NCBI GenBank assembly: GCA_013140575.1
Contig: JABFSN010000047.1
Span: forward strand, 5,036-69,035
Direction: 5' to 3'
Source of the DNA: Phycisphaerales bacterium
Lineage (GTDB): Bacteria > Planctomycetota > Phycisphaerae > UBA1845
Length of the DNA: 64,000 bases
How positions within the stretch are numbered: position 1 is the first letter of the stretch; each line of letters opens with the position of its first letter. The notes under the pieces are model-generated. The model ran no database searches and was not told the origin of the DNA. It saw nothing but the letters and a program-made list of their open reading frames with translations. Shown piece by piece: positions 54,274 through 62,393 of this stretch. The position numbers and the translations under genes are program-made.

Positions 54274-56253
54274 ATGTTTGGTAGGACGCGCGTAGCGCCC
54301 GTGTCAATTCTTTTGTTCATGCTTTGCGCCGCGCCCGTCGTGGCCAATCCGCCGCAGCCACCACCGGCCGTGGCGCCGACCGCCGACCTTCCGTGGGTGC
54401 CCGACGAGGTCATCCTCGTCTTCCGCGACGAACCGGCTCCGCGAGCCTTGTCCGACTTGCGCCTCCGCGATACGTCGGTACGCGATTGGCGGGCCATGCG
54501 GCACCGGCTTCTCGCCGTCCACACCGCCCGCGAAGCGCACCCGCTGTCGCGGATGCGCGTGGTCAGGCTGGCGCCGGGTCAGGACGTGATGCTCGCCGCC
54601 GAGCGCTTCAGCCGTCTCCCCGGCGTGGCCTACGCCCATCCGAATTACGTTACGCAGGCCGCGTTCGAACCCAACGACCCCCGATACAACCTGAATCAAT
54701 ACGCACCGCAGATCATCCGCGCCGACCAAGCCTGGAACATCACCACCGGCGACCCCAACGTCGTGGTCGCCATCGCCGACAGCGGCGTGTTGTTCACCCA
54801 CCAGGATATGGCCGGCGCCTTCTGGTCCAACGATGACCCGGTCAACGGCGTGGACGACGACGGCAATGGATTTGTGGACGATTTCCGCGGCTGGGATTTC
54901 ATGAACAACGACAACGATCCCTCGTTCAGCGGCGCGCACGGCACGCACACCACCGGCATCGTCGGGGCGCGTATCAACAACGGATTGGGAATTGCTGGAA
55001 TGTCCAATTGCACGGTCATGCCCTTGCAGGCCTTCACCAACACCTCCGGCACCTGGGAGGCGATCATCAATTCCATCTACTACGCGGTCGACAACGGCGC
55101 CAGGGTCATCAACTACAGCGGCGGCGCCACATCGGTCACCCCGGCCATGACCGCCACAGCGTTGCAGGATGCCGTCCAATACGCCTACAAGAACGGCGTT
55201 CCCCTCGTGGCCGCGGCCGGCAATTTCACCTCCGGCGCTCCGCGCGTGGCGAGCAACTTCTACCCGGCGGCATACGCCGAGTCGTTCGCGGTGGCCGGCA
55301 CCGGCGACGGCGACGTGTACTACGACCGTTCCCGTTTCGGTCCGTGGATTGACTTCGCCGCACCCGGCATCGGCGTCTACACCACCCACACGTCCAGCAC
55401 GGCCAGCTACGTCGCCGACACCGGCACCTCGTTCGCCGCCCCGCACGTCGCGGGGTTGATCGCGCTGATGTTCAGCATCAACCCCGCGCTGGGCATCGAG
55501 GAAATCCGCGACTTGATATGCCATAATTCCATGGACCTCGGTGCCGTGGGATTCGACGAGCTTTACGGCTGCGGCCGGATCGATGCCAAGGCCACACTGG
55601 ATGCCGTCGCCAACGACCTCGTTCCGCCGTACATCGTCCACGACGCAGGCATCGGCACCTTCCCGTGGAGCGGCTACATCGACCCCCGCACCGACAGCAC
55701 CGACGGCGTCGCGCTCAATTCGGGCATCAATCAGATCACCATCAAATTCAACGAACCCGTTCGCGACGTCGGCAGCGGCGTCGGCGGACCGCTGACGACC
55801 GCCTCGTTCAGCATCGCGGACAACGGCGTCGCCAATCCCACGATCAATTCAATTGACGCGAGCGGCAATCCCACCGTGGTGGTCCATCTGTCCGGGCCTA
55901 TCGCGGTCGGCGCATGGACCACCATCATCGCCGGCGTTGAAGACTTGTCCGGCGACCCCATCGTCTCCACGGGCAACATGGCCGACATGGACGAACCCGA
56001 CCGCGTGGACATCGGGTTCCTGCCCGGCGACGTGGACAACAACGGCGGGACCGAGCCCGTCGACTTGATCCGCTTCCGCCAGATCTACGCCAACACGGTG
56101 GTTGTTCCCGTCGGCGAGCCCGAGGATTACGCCGACATCGACCGCAACGGCGCCATTCAACCGTTCGACCTGATCCGCTTCCGCCAACTGCTGTCCGGCA
56201 CCTCCCCGGCCACGCAATCGTGGTTGTCCCAGAACCTCCCGCCACGCCCGTAA
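54274..56253 (+). CDS. secreted S8 (subtilisin) family serine peptidase with C-terminal dockerin/EF-hand-like repeats
   Basis: Triad contexts VAIADSGV, HGTHTTGIVGA and GTSFAAPHVAGL. Signal peptide present. C-terminal GDVDNNGGTEPVDLIRFRQ and DIDRNGAIQPFDLIRFRQLL. Confidence 0.92.
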   Translation: MFGRTRVAPVSILLFMLCAAPVVANPPQPPPAVAPTADLPWVPDEVILVFRDEPAPRALSDLRLRDTSVRDWRAMRHRLLAVHTAREAHPLSRMRVVRLAPGQDVMLAAERFSRLPGVAYAHPNYVTQAAFEPNDPRYNLNQYAPQIIRADQAWNITTGDPNVVVAIADSGVLFTHQDMAGAFWSNDDPVNGVDDDGNGFVDDFRGWDFMNNDNDPSFSGAHGTHTTGIVGARINNGLGIAGMSNCTVMPLQAFTNTSGTWEAIINSIYYAVDNGARVINYSGGATSVTPAMTATALQDAVQYAYKNGVPLVAAAGNFTSGAPRVASNFYPAAYAESFAVAGTGDGDVYYDRSRFGPWIDFAAPGIGVYTTHTSSTASYVADTGTSFAAPHVAGLIALMFSINPALGIEEIRDLICHNSMDLGAVGFDELYGCGRIDAKATLDAVANDLVPPYIVHDAGIGTFPWSGYIDPRTDSTDGVALNSGINQITIKFNEPVRDVGSGVGGPLTTASFSIADNGVANPTINSIDASGNPTVVVHLSGPIAVGAWTTIIAGVEDLSGDPIVSTGNMADMDEPDRVDIGFLPGDVDNNGGTEPVDLIRFRQIYANTVVVPVGEPEDYADIDRNGAIQPFDLIRFRQLLSGTSPATQSWLSQNLPPRP

Positions 56254-56336
56254 CGCCCCCGCGGGCGACTTGTTTCATTGTGCAGCGCGCAGTGGTTTGC
56301 GGGGCGGCCGTCGCGTTCGTACATTCGTCACACGGC

Positions 56337-57629
56337 ATGAATCGACAGGACGAGAACGACACGCACGGAACCGACGCCGCCACGGGCGCTCGCGAAGGCC
56401 TGTCCCACGCGATTGACAGCGTGCCGGACCATGACGAGGACCTTGCGAGCGCCGCGGACGGTCGACCGGACGGGCCGCACATCTCGTGGTCCGCTCTTTT
56501 TCCAGAACATGTTGATCTGGCGCCTGCCGGTGAAGCGGTGGACGGACGGAAGTTGCCGGCGCGGGGTGGGGTCTACGCGTTCATCGGGGATGACGAGCGC
56601 ATCGTTCAGGTGATGGCGGCCGAGTCCGTGCGGCGGACGGCGCTGGCCCGACTGAACCAGCCGGTTGCGGATGGGTCGAGCAAGCGGGCCGATCTACGGG
56701 CGGTGACTCGGCGAATCGCGTGGCGTCCGACGTGGTCGCGGTTCGAGACGTCGTGGGTCTACCTGTCGATCGCGCGGCGGTTGTGGCCGACGTCCTATCG
56801 GCGGCGGCTGGGGTTCGGGCCGGCCTATTTCGCGACGGTGGATCTGGACGGGCGCTTGCCGCGCTGGCGGGTCGAGGAGTACGCGTGGAATCCGGGGCGG
56901 CGGGAGGTGGGGCCGTTCGCGCGGCGCGGCCATTGTGCGGCGTTCATCGAGACGTTGGTGGACCTGTTCGACCTGTGCCGGGATTACGCGATTCTGGAGC
57001 GCGTTCCGGATGGGCGACCTTGCTCGTATTTTGACATGGGGCGGTGCCCGGCGCCGTGCGATGGGAGCGTGTCGCTGGATGCGTACCGGTCGATGATGCG
57101 GGCGTCGTACGCATTCGCCATCGGACGGGGCGAGGAGCGGCTTTCGGAATGGGAAGGGCGGATGCAGGAGGCGGCCGGGCAGCGCGATTTTGCGCGGGCC
57201 CAGCGGATCAAGGAGACGCTGGCGCGGGCCCGGAAGTCGCTGCGGCGGGACGGACCGGTGGTTCCGACGCCGGACACGTTCCGTTATCTGGTGGTGCAGC
57301 GCGGACGGGGGCGCTCGACGGTGATTCCCTATTTCGTGCGCGCCGGCGCGATCGACCAGGGCGCGGCGGCGACGATTGATGAAGTGCCGCATATTGGCAT
57401 TCAATGGATGGAGGCGGCGCGACGGACGGTCGACGAAACAGCCGCCGATCGGATCGAACAGAGCGGGCACATCTGGCTGGTGACCCACTTTCTGGCGAAG
57501 GGCGAATCGGCGCCCGGACTGTTTCTTCACGTGGATGAATTGCCGACGCCCGATAATCTGGCCGCGATCGTGCGGCAAAAATTTGCGCGAGCCAGCGCGG
57601 CGGGTGAATCGGACGCAACGAATGCGTAA
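56337..57629 (+). CDS. hypothetical protein with UvrC N-terminal-half-like layout (divergent GIY-YIG-like, Cys-rich segment, UVR-like helix)
   Basis: GGVYAFIGDDERIVQV (GIY-like), RPCSYFDMGRCPAPCDGSVSLDAYRSMM (compare UvrC RPCL.Y.I.RC.GPC.G.IS.E.Y) and QRDFARAQRIKETL (UVR-like). No C-terminal endonuclease or HhH region. The start is taken at the Met at 56337. Confidence 0.5.
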   Translation: MNRQDENDTHGTDAATGAREGLSHAIDSVPDHDEDLASAADGRPDGPHISWSALFPEHVDLAPAGEAVDGRKLPARGGVYAFIGDDERIVQVMAAESVRRTALARLNQPVADGSSKRADLRAVTRRIAWRPTWSRFETSWVYLSIARRLWPTSYRRRLGFGPAYFATVDLDGRLPRWRVEEYAWNPGRREVGPFARRGHCAAFIETLVDLFDLCRDYAILERVPDGRPCSYFDMGRCPAPCDGSVSLDAYRSMMRASYAFAIGRGEERLSEWEGRMQEAAGQRDFARAQRIKETLARARKSLRRDGPVVPTPDTFRYLVVQRGRGRSTVIPYFVRAGAIDQGAAATIDEVPHIGIQWMEAARRTVDETAADRIEQSGHIWLVTHFLAKGESAPGLFLHVDELPTPDNLAAIVRQKFARASAAGESDATNA

Positions 57630-57733
57630 TTCCTGTTGACCGTTGCGGCGAATTGATTACAGTTAAGTAGTGGCCACCGTGGGAGTTTCCGCTGGCCGGG
57701 CGGGACGCACGATCACGAGGGACTATTGCGCCG

Positions 57734-58669
57734 ATGACGCCGCTCGTCGAAACAAACGTGGTACGACAATCGCAGCGGCGCATTCCCCCGCCGCCGGTCA
57801 AGCGGTTTCTCGACTATCTGTTCGTGGAATGCGGTCTGGCGGGCAATACCATTGTCGCGTACCAGGCGGACCTGTGCGAATTCTGGGACGACGTGGCCGC
57901 GGACGGCGAGCTCCGCGCCGATCTGGATATTGAAGACGTTCAGACGCATCTGATCGGATTACACCAGCGCGGATTGTCCACGTCGTCGATCGCGCGACAT
58001 CTGGCGTCGATCAAGATGTTGCTGCGTTTTCTGCATCAGCACGGTCTGGTGCGGCGGGACGTGGCGTCGCTGATCGAACTGCCCAAAAAATGGCACCGTC
58101 TGCCGCACGCGGTGCATTACGACCAGGTGGAGGCGCTGTTGCAGTCGCCGGACGCGTCGGACGAATTCCATCTCCGCGACCGGGCCGTGCTCGAATTGTT
58201 GTACGCGACCGGCATGCGGGTCAGCGAATTGACGGGCATCACGCTGGAAAGCGTCAATCTGGACGTCGGCTATCTGCGCTGCATGGGCAAGGGGCGGCGG
58301 GAGCGGATCGTGCCGATCGGGCGGACGGCGATCAAGGCCGTTCGCGCCTTCGTTGACGTGCTGCGGCCGGCGCTGGAGACGGCGCGATCGGGCCGGCGGA
58401 TGTTTCTGTCGCGGACGGGCCGTCCGATGGACCGCACCAGCATCTGGCGCCTGGTGCGCAAGTACGCGATTCGTGCGGGCATCGGGCAGCCGTTGCACCC
58501 GCACACGTTGCGGCATTGTTTCGCGACCCATCTGCTGGCGGGGGGCGCCGACCTGCGCGTGGTTCAGGAATTGCTGGGCCATGCCGATCTGGCCACGACG
58601 CAGATTTATCTGCACGTCGACGAGCACCGATTAAGCGAAGTGCATCGCCGATTTCATCCGCGGCCGTGA
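57734..58669 (+). CDS. xerD: site-specific tyrosine recombinase XerD
   Basis: N-terminal SAM-like domain FLDYLFVECGLAGNTIVAYQADL. Catalytic ...MRVSEL..., HTLRHCFATHLL and LGHADLATTQIYLHV. Confidence 0.9.
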   Translation: MTPLVETNVVRQSQRRIPPPPVKRFLDYLFVECGLAGNTIVAYQADLCEFWDDVAADGELRADLDIEDVQTHLIGLHQRGLSTSSIARHLASIKMLLRFLHQHGLVRRDVASLIELPKKWHRLPHAVHYDQVEALLQSPDASDEFHLRDRAVLELLYATGMRVSELTGITLESVNLDVGYLRCMGKGRRERIVPIGRTAIKAVRAFVDVLRPALETARSGRRMFLSRTGRPMDRTSIWRLVRKYAIRAGIGQPLHPHTLRHCFATHLLAGGADLRVVQELLGHADLATTQIYLHVDEHRLSEVHRRFHPRP

Positions 58670-58788
58670 CGCCGGATGACCGGCGTTTGGGAGGGTGCGT
58701 CGCCGCCGCGCGACACGGGTGTTGTGTCCGCGAATAATCATGGGCAGGATGCCCATGCCACGACGTTCACCACGGGAGACGATCAGGG

Positions 58789-59361
58789 ATGATCTTCCAA
58801 AACCGCACGACGCTGAACACAGAACGATTGCAGGACATGTTTCTGACGGCCATCGGCGGCTGGCCGGTCGACGGTCTGGACATCCGCATCCGTTACAGCC
58901 GGGGGGCGGATTTTTCCGGCACGTGTTTCTACGAACGCAGCCGCCTGCACGTCAATCTCGGCGGGCATTTGCGGTACCCCTATCGCATGCGGACGTATGT
59001 CGCGCGGGCGTCGACGTCGCGCTCCACGTGGTGGAAGCCGCTGTACACCATTGAACTGGCCGACGGTTATCAGGTGGTCACGTTCGTTCTGTTGCACGAA
59101 TACTACCATTGGCTGGTCCGGCGCGCGGAGCGCAACACGCGGCGCAAGGAGGCCATGTGCGATCGGTTCGCGACACGGGCGCTGGTGGACCATTTCGGGG
59201 CGGCGGTGCGTTGCCCGAAAGGGCGACCGGTGCCGCGCGGAGAATGGGATTTCCAGGATTTGGACCGGTTCGTGGCCCGGGCGCTGCTGACGCGTCGGGC
59301 GACGTCCGAACTCGTTCAGCCGTTTGGTGAGCCGACCGGGTTGTTCGCGGAAGCGATGTAA
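58789..59361 (+). CDS. hypothetical protein containing an HExxH motif
   Basis: 190-aa ORF with good codon bias. VLLHEYYHWLV is the only recognisable motif. Confidence 0.5.
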   Translation: MIFQNRTTLNTERLQDMFLTAIGGWPVDGLDIRIRYSRGADFSGTCFYERSRLHVNLGGHLRYPYRMRTYVARASTSRSTWWKPLYTIELADGYQVVTFVLLHEYYHWLVRRAERNTRRKEAMCDRFATRALVDHFGAAVRCPKGRPVPRGEWDFQDLDRFVARALLTRRATSELVQPFGEPTGLFAEAM

Positions 59362-59402
59362 CGCCCGTTTCCGATCGAAACGCGACGTGGAGTGCTCGAC
59401 CG

Positions 59403-59445
59403 GAATCCACGGGCAAGCGAGTACGCTTGCCCGTGCCACCCGACG
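59403..59445 (+). repeat. 45-bp palindromic unit (CACGGGCAAGCG-AGTA-CGCTTGCCCGTG + CCACCCGACG)
   Basis: Perfect 12-bp arms at 59408-59419 and 59424-59435. Intergenic, upstream of the ABC transporter genes. Confidence 0.85.
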
Positions 59446-59793
59446 CTGAAACCCTGTGGCGCGCGTCGGCGATCGAAACGTGGGGTCCGTCGTTCGCGGA
59501 CGGCCCGGTAATGCCGTCATTGCACAGGTCCGCCGGGTGCAAGCGGATCGAGCGTCCGCACGGAGCCCATCCACACGTCAATCATCCGCGTCGCATGACC
59601 GATCGAATGCGGGGGAATCACCGGACCGACGATTGGAACCGGGTGTGGACGCGATGGCGCACCCCGGCGCGCGCGTGCGCTGTAATGGTCCGAAACAGCG
59701 CGGGATTGAAACGTGCCTACTACGATTTTGACACCACCGACGCCGGTTCCGATTCCGCGGGCGGAGCCATCGACCGACGGCGCCGCGCCTGCG

Positions 59794-60723
59794 ATGCAGA
59801 GGCGGCGGGTGGCGGTGGAACTGCGCGACGTGACCAAGACGTTTGGCCGGCAGGTCGCGGTCGACCGGCTGTCGCTGCGCGTGCCGGAACGGAGCATCTG
59901 CGGGTTCATCGGTCCGAACGGGTCGGGCAAAACCACGACGCTGCGGTTAATTATGCGTATCTATCATCCCGACGGGGATTGCGGATCGATTCGGGTGCTC
60001 GGCGCCGAGGGGATGGGTCCGGCCTGCGATCAGGTCGGGTATCTTCCGGAGGAGCGCGGTCTGTACAAACGGATGAAGGTCGTCGATCTGCTGCGCTTCT
60101 ACGCGGAACTGAAGGGCTGCACGCACGTCGATCGCGACGTCCGCGAATGGCTGGAGCGCATGGGGCTGACCGACGCGGCGTCGAAACGCGTCGAGGCCCT
60201 TTCGAAGGGCATGTCGCAGAAGGTGCAGTTTATCGCCACGGTGATCGGCCGGCCGGCGCTGATTATTCTGGACGAACCGTTTTCGGGCCTGGACCCGGTC
60301 AACGCGGAGATCATCCGCGAAACCATCCTCGATTTGCGGCGGGACGGCGCGACCATCATTTTTTCGACGCACGACATGTCCGTCGCCGAGGTGCTGTGCG
60401 ATTTCATCGTGATGATCTTCCGCGGAAAGAAGGTGCTGGACGGCACGATGGAGGCGATTCAACGGGAATACGGGGCCGACACCCTCCGCGTGCGGATGCA
60501 CGACCCGCTGATCCGGCTCGACGATCTCCCCGATGTGACCAGGGTGACCGATCTGGGCGGCTTGAAAGAACTGCGCTTCGCTGCCAACGGCGATCCGCAG
60601 CGCGTCCTGCGGGCGTTGATGGCCCGCGGCGACGTTCAACATTTCGAGATCACCCGTCCGCGGCTGCACGATATTTTCGTGCGTATCGCGCGACCGGCGA
60701 AAACGGAGGGCGCCCATGCGTAA
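59794..60723 (+). CDS. ABC transporter ATP-binding protein (ABC-2/NatA-like)
   Basis: Walker A GPNGSGKTT, signature LSKGMSQK and Walker B LIILDEPFSGLD. An upstream GTG at 59713 is a possible alternative start. Confidence 0.9.
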   Translation: MQRRRVAVELRDVTKTFGRQVAVDRLSLRVPERSICGFIGPNGSGKTTTLRLIMRIYHPDGDCGSIRVLGAEGMGPACDQVGYLPEERGLYKRMKVVDLLRFYAELKGCTHVDRDVREWLERMGLTDAASKRVEALSKGMSQKVQFIATVIGRPALIILDEPFSGLDPVNAEIIRETILDLRRDGATIIFSTHDMSVAEVLCDFIVMIFRGKKVLDGTMEAIQREYGADTLRVRMHDPLIRLDDLPDVTRVTDLGGLKELRFAANGDPQRVLRALMARGDVQHFEITRPRLHDIFVRIARPAKTEGAHA

Positions 60724-62308
60724 GACGCTGGTCATCGCCGTGCGCGAGTATCAGGCCGCGGTGCGAACCAAGACGTTCGTCGTCAGCCTGGTGATCATGC
60801 CGTTGATGGGGTCGGCCGGTCTGATTGCGGCGTGGATGTTCAAGGACCAGGTCCACGTGGGAGACAAACGGTTCGCCATCGTGGATCGGACGGGGGTTTT
60901 GTTTCATTCGATCGCGGCGGCCGCGGACGATTACAACGAGACGGTCGTATTCGAATCGGCGGGCGAAAATGGGGGCGCGCGCCGAAGGCAAATCAAGCCG
61001 CGATTCATGGTGGAGGCCGTCGATCCGCGTGCGGAGGGTGATGGGTTACGGGCCGAATTGTCGGACCGCGTGCGGCACGGCGAGTTGGCGGGTTTCGTGG
61101 AGATTCAGCCAGGCGCGCTGGACGCGGCGGACGCCCCGCTGGTCGGCGAGCGTGCGAGACAGGATTCTCGCACCAGCGGTGATTCTCGCACCGGCGGTGA
61201 TTCTCGCACCAGCGGCGGCATGTCAGAAAGCGACGCATTCGCCATTCTGCGCCACGGAATCGACTTCCCCACCGCTGAAGCGGTGGGCCGCCCGGACGAC
61301 GCCGCGGCAAGCGGCGACGGTCCAATCGTCTATCATTCGAACAATCCCATGTATTTCGAGTTCCGCGTCTGGCTGGAAGGCGTCGTGAACTCCGTGGCGC
61401 GTGAACGGCGGATTCGCTCGACGGGTTTGGACCCGGCCGTGGTGGGCTGGGTCAGCCGCCACGTCCCCGTTGAACATGCCCCGCTGTATCAACGGACGGC
61501 CGACGGGGCCTTGTTGCCGGCCCAGAAATACGACCACTACGTGCAGGTCGCCGCCCGGGTGACGCTGTGTTTCCTACTGTTCACGGTCATTCTGATCGGG
61601 GCCATGCCGCTGACCTACAGTGTGCTGGAGGAGAAGATGCAACGGACGGCCGAGGTCCTCCTCGGCTCGGTCACGACGTTTCAGTTCATGATGGGCAAGC
61701 TGCTGGGCATGGTGGGTGTGTCGTTGACCATCGTGACCATTTATCTGTTCGTGGGGTTCATGTCGGCCTCGTATTTCGGATACGGGCACATGCTGCCGCG
61801 CGACCTGGTGACGTGGTTTGTGCTGTATCAGGCGTGCGCGATCCTGATGTTTGGGTCGATCTACATCGCCATCGGTGCGGCGTGCAACGACATCAAGGAT
61901 GCGCAGAACCTGATGACCCCGGCGTCGGTCATTGCGTGCATTCCGTTGTTCGTCATCCGCCCGGTGATGCTGGAACCCAACAGCACGTTCTCGACGCTGG
62001 TGTCGCTGTTCCCGCCGGCGACGCCGGTATTGATGTTACTGCGGCAGGGGTTGCCCGCGCCCGTTCCGCTGTGGCAGCCCATCGTGGGCCTGATACTGGT
62101 GGTGGCCACGTCGCTGGTCTGCGTAGGCATCGCCGCCCGAATTTTCCGAATCGGCATTCTGATGCAGGGTCAGGGGGCCAACCTACGGGAGATTATTTAC
62201 TGGGCGTTCGCCCGTGAGGGCCGCATGCCGTCGATCCCTCGCCGCCGATCGGGCGACGACACACCGACCACCTGGGCGCGACCCCATTCGGAGCCGATTG
62301 CATCGTAG
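60716..62308 (+). CDS. ABC-2 family permease (NatB-like) with enlarged extracytoplasmic loop
   Basis: MRKTLVIAVREYQAAVRTKTFVVSLVIMPL start typical of NatB-like permeases. Five C-terminal TM segments. 8-bp overlap with the ATPase gene. Confidence 0.8.
   Translation: MRKTLVIAVREYQAAVRTKTFVVSLVIMPLMGSAGLIAAWMFKDQVHVGDKRFAIVDRTGVLFHSIAAAADDYNETVVFESAGENGGARRRQIKPRFMVEAVDPRAEGDGLRAELSDRVRHGELAGFVEIQPGALDAADAPLVGERARQDSRTSGDSRTGGDSRTSGGMSESDAFAILRHGIDFPTAEAVGRPDDAAASGDGPIVYHSNNPMYFEFRVWLEGVVNSVARERRIRSTGLDPAVVGWVSRHVPVEHAPLYQRTADGALLPAQKYDHYVQVAARVTLCFLLFTVILIGAMPLTYSVLEEKMQRTAEVLLGSVTTFQFMMGKLLGMVGVSLTIVTIYLFVGFMSASYFGYGHMLPRDLVTWFVLYQACAILMFGSIYIAIGAACNDIKDAQNLMTPASVIACIPLFVIRPVMLEPNSTFSTLVSLFPPATPVLMLLRQGLPAPVPLWQPIVGLILVVATSLVCVGIAARIFRIGILMQGQGANLREIIYWAFAREGRMPSIPRRRSGDDTPTTWARPHSEPIAS
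61163..61216 (+). repeat. in-frame 18-bp x3 tandem repeat (DSRTSG DSRTGG DSRTSG) inside the permease loop
   Basis: GATTCTCGCACC(A/G)GCGG(T/C) repeated three times head to tail. Confidence 0.9.
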
Positions 62309-62393
62309 CCCTTCTTCCGTTTGGTCCACTTACCGCGGCGATCGCGGCGAAAACCCGTCCCCGTGGGGCGACGCTCCGATTGAATGCAGGAGG

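Noticed and set aside
54304-55641. 445-aa minus-strand ORF
   Set aside because: It is antisense to the S8 peptidase gene, which has an intact catalytic triad. There are no motifs of its own.
57734-58669. Tyrosine recombinase as a marker of a prophage or integrative island
   Set aside because: It has the full XerD-type N-terminal and catalytic motifs. There is no adjacent tRNA, att-like repeats or phage/conjugation genes, and the neighbours are ordinary chromosomal genes.
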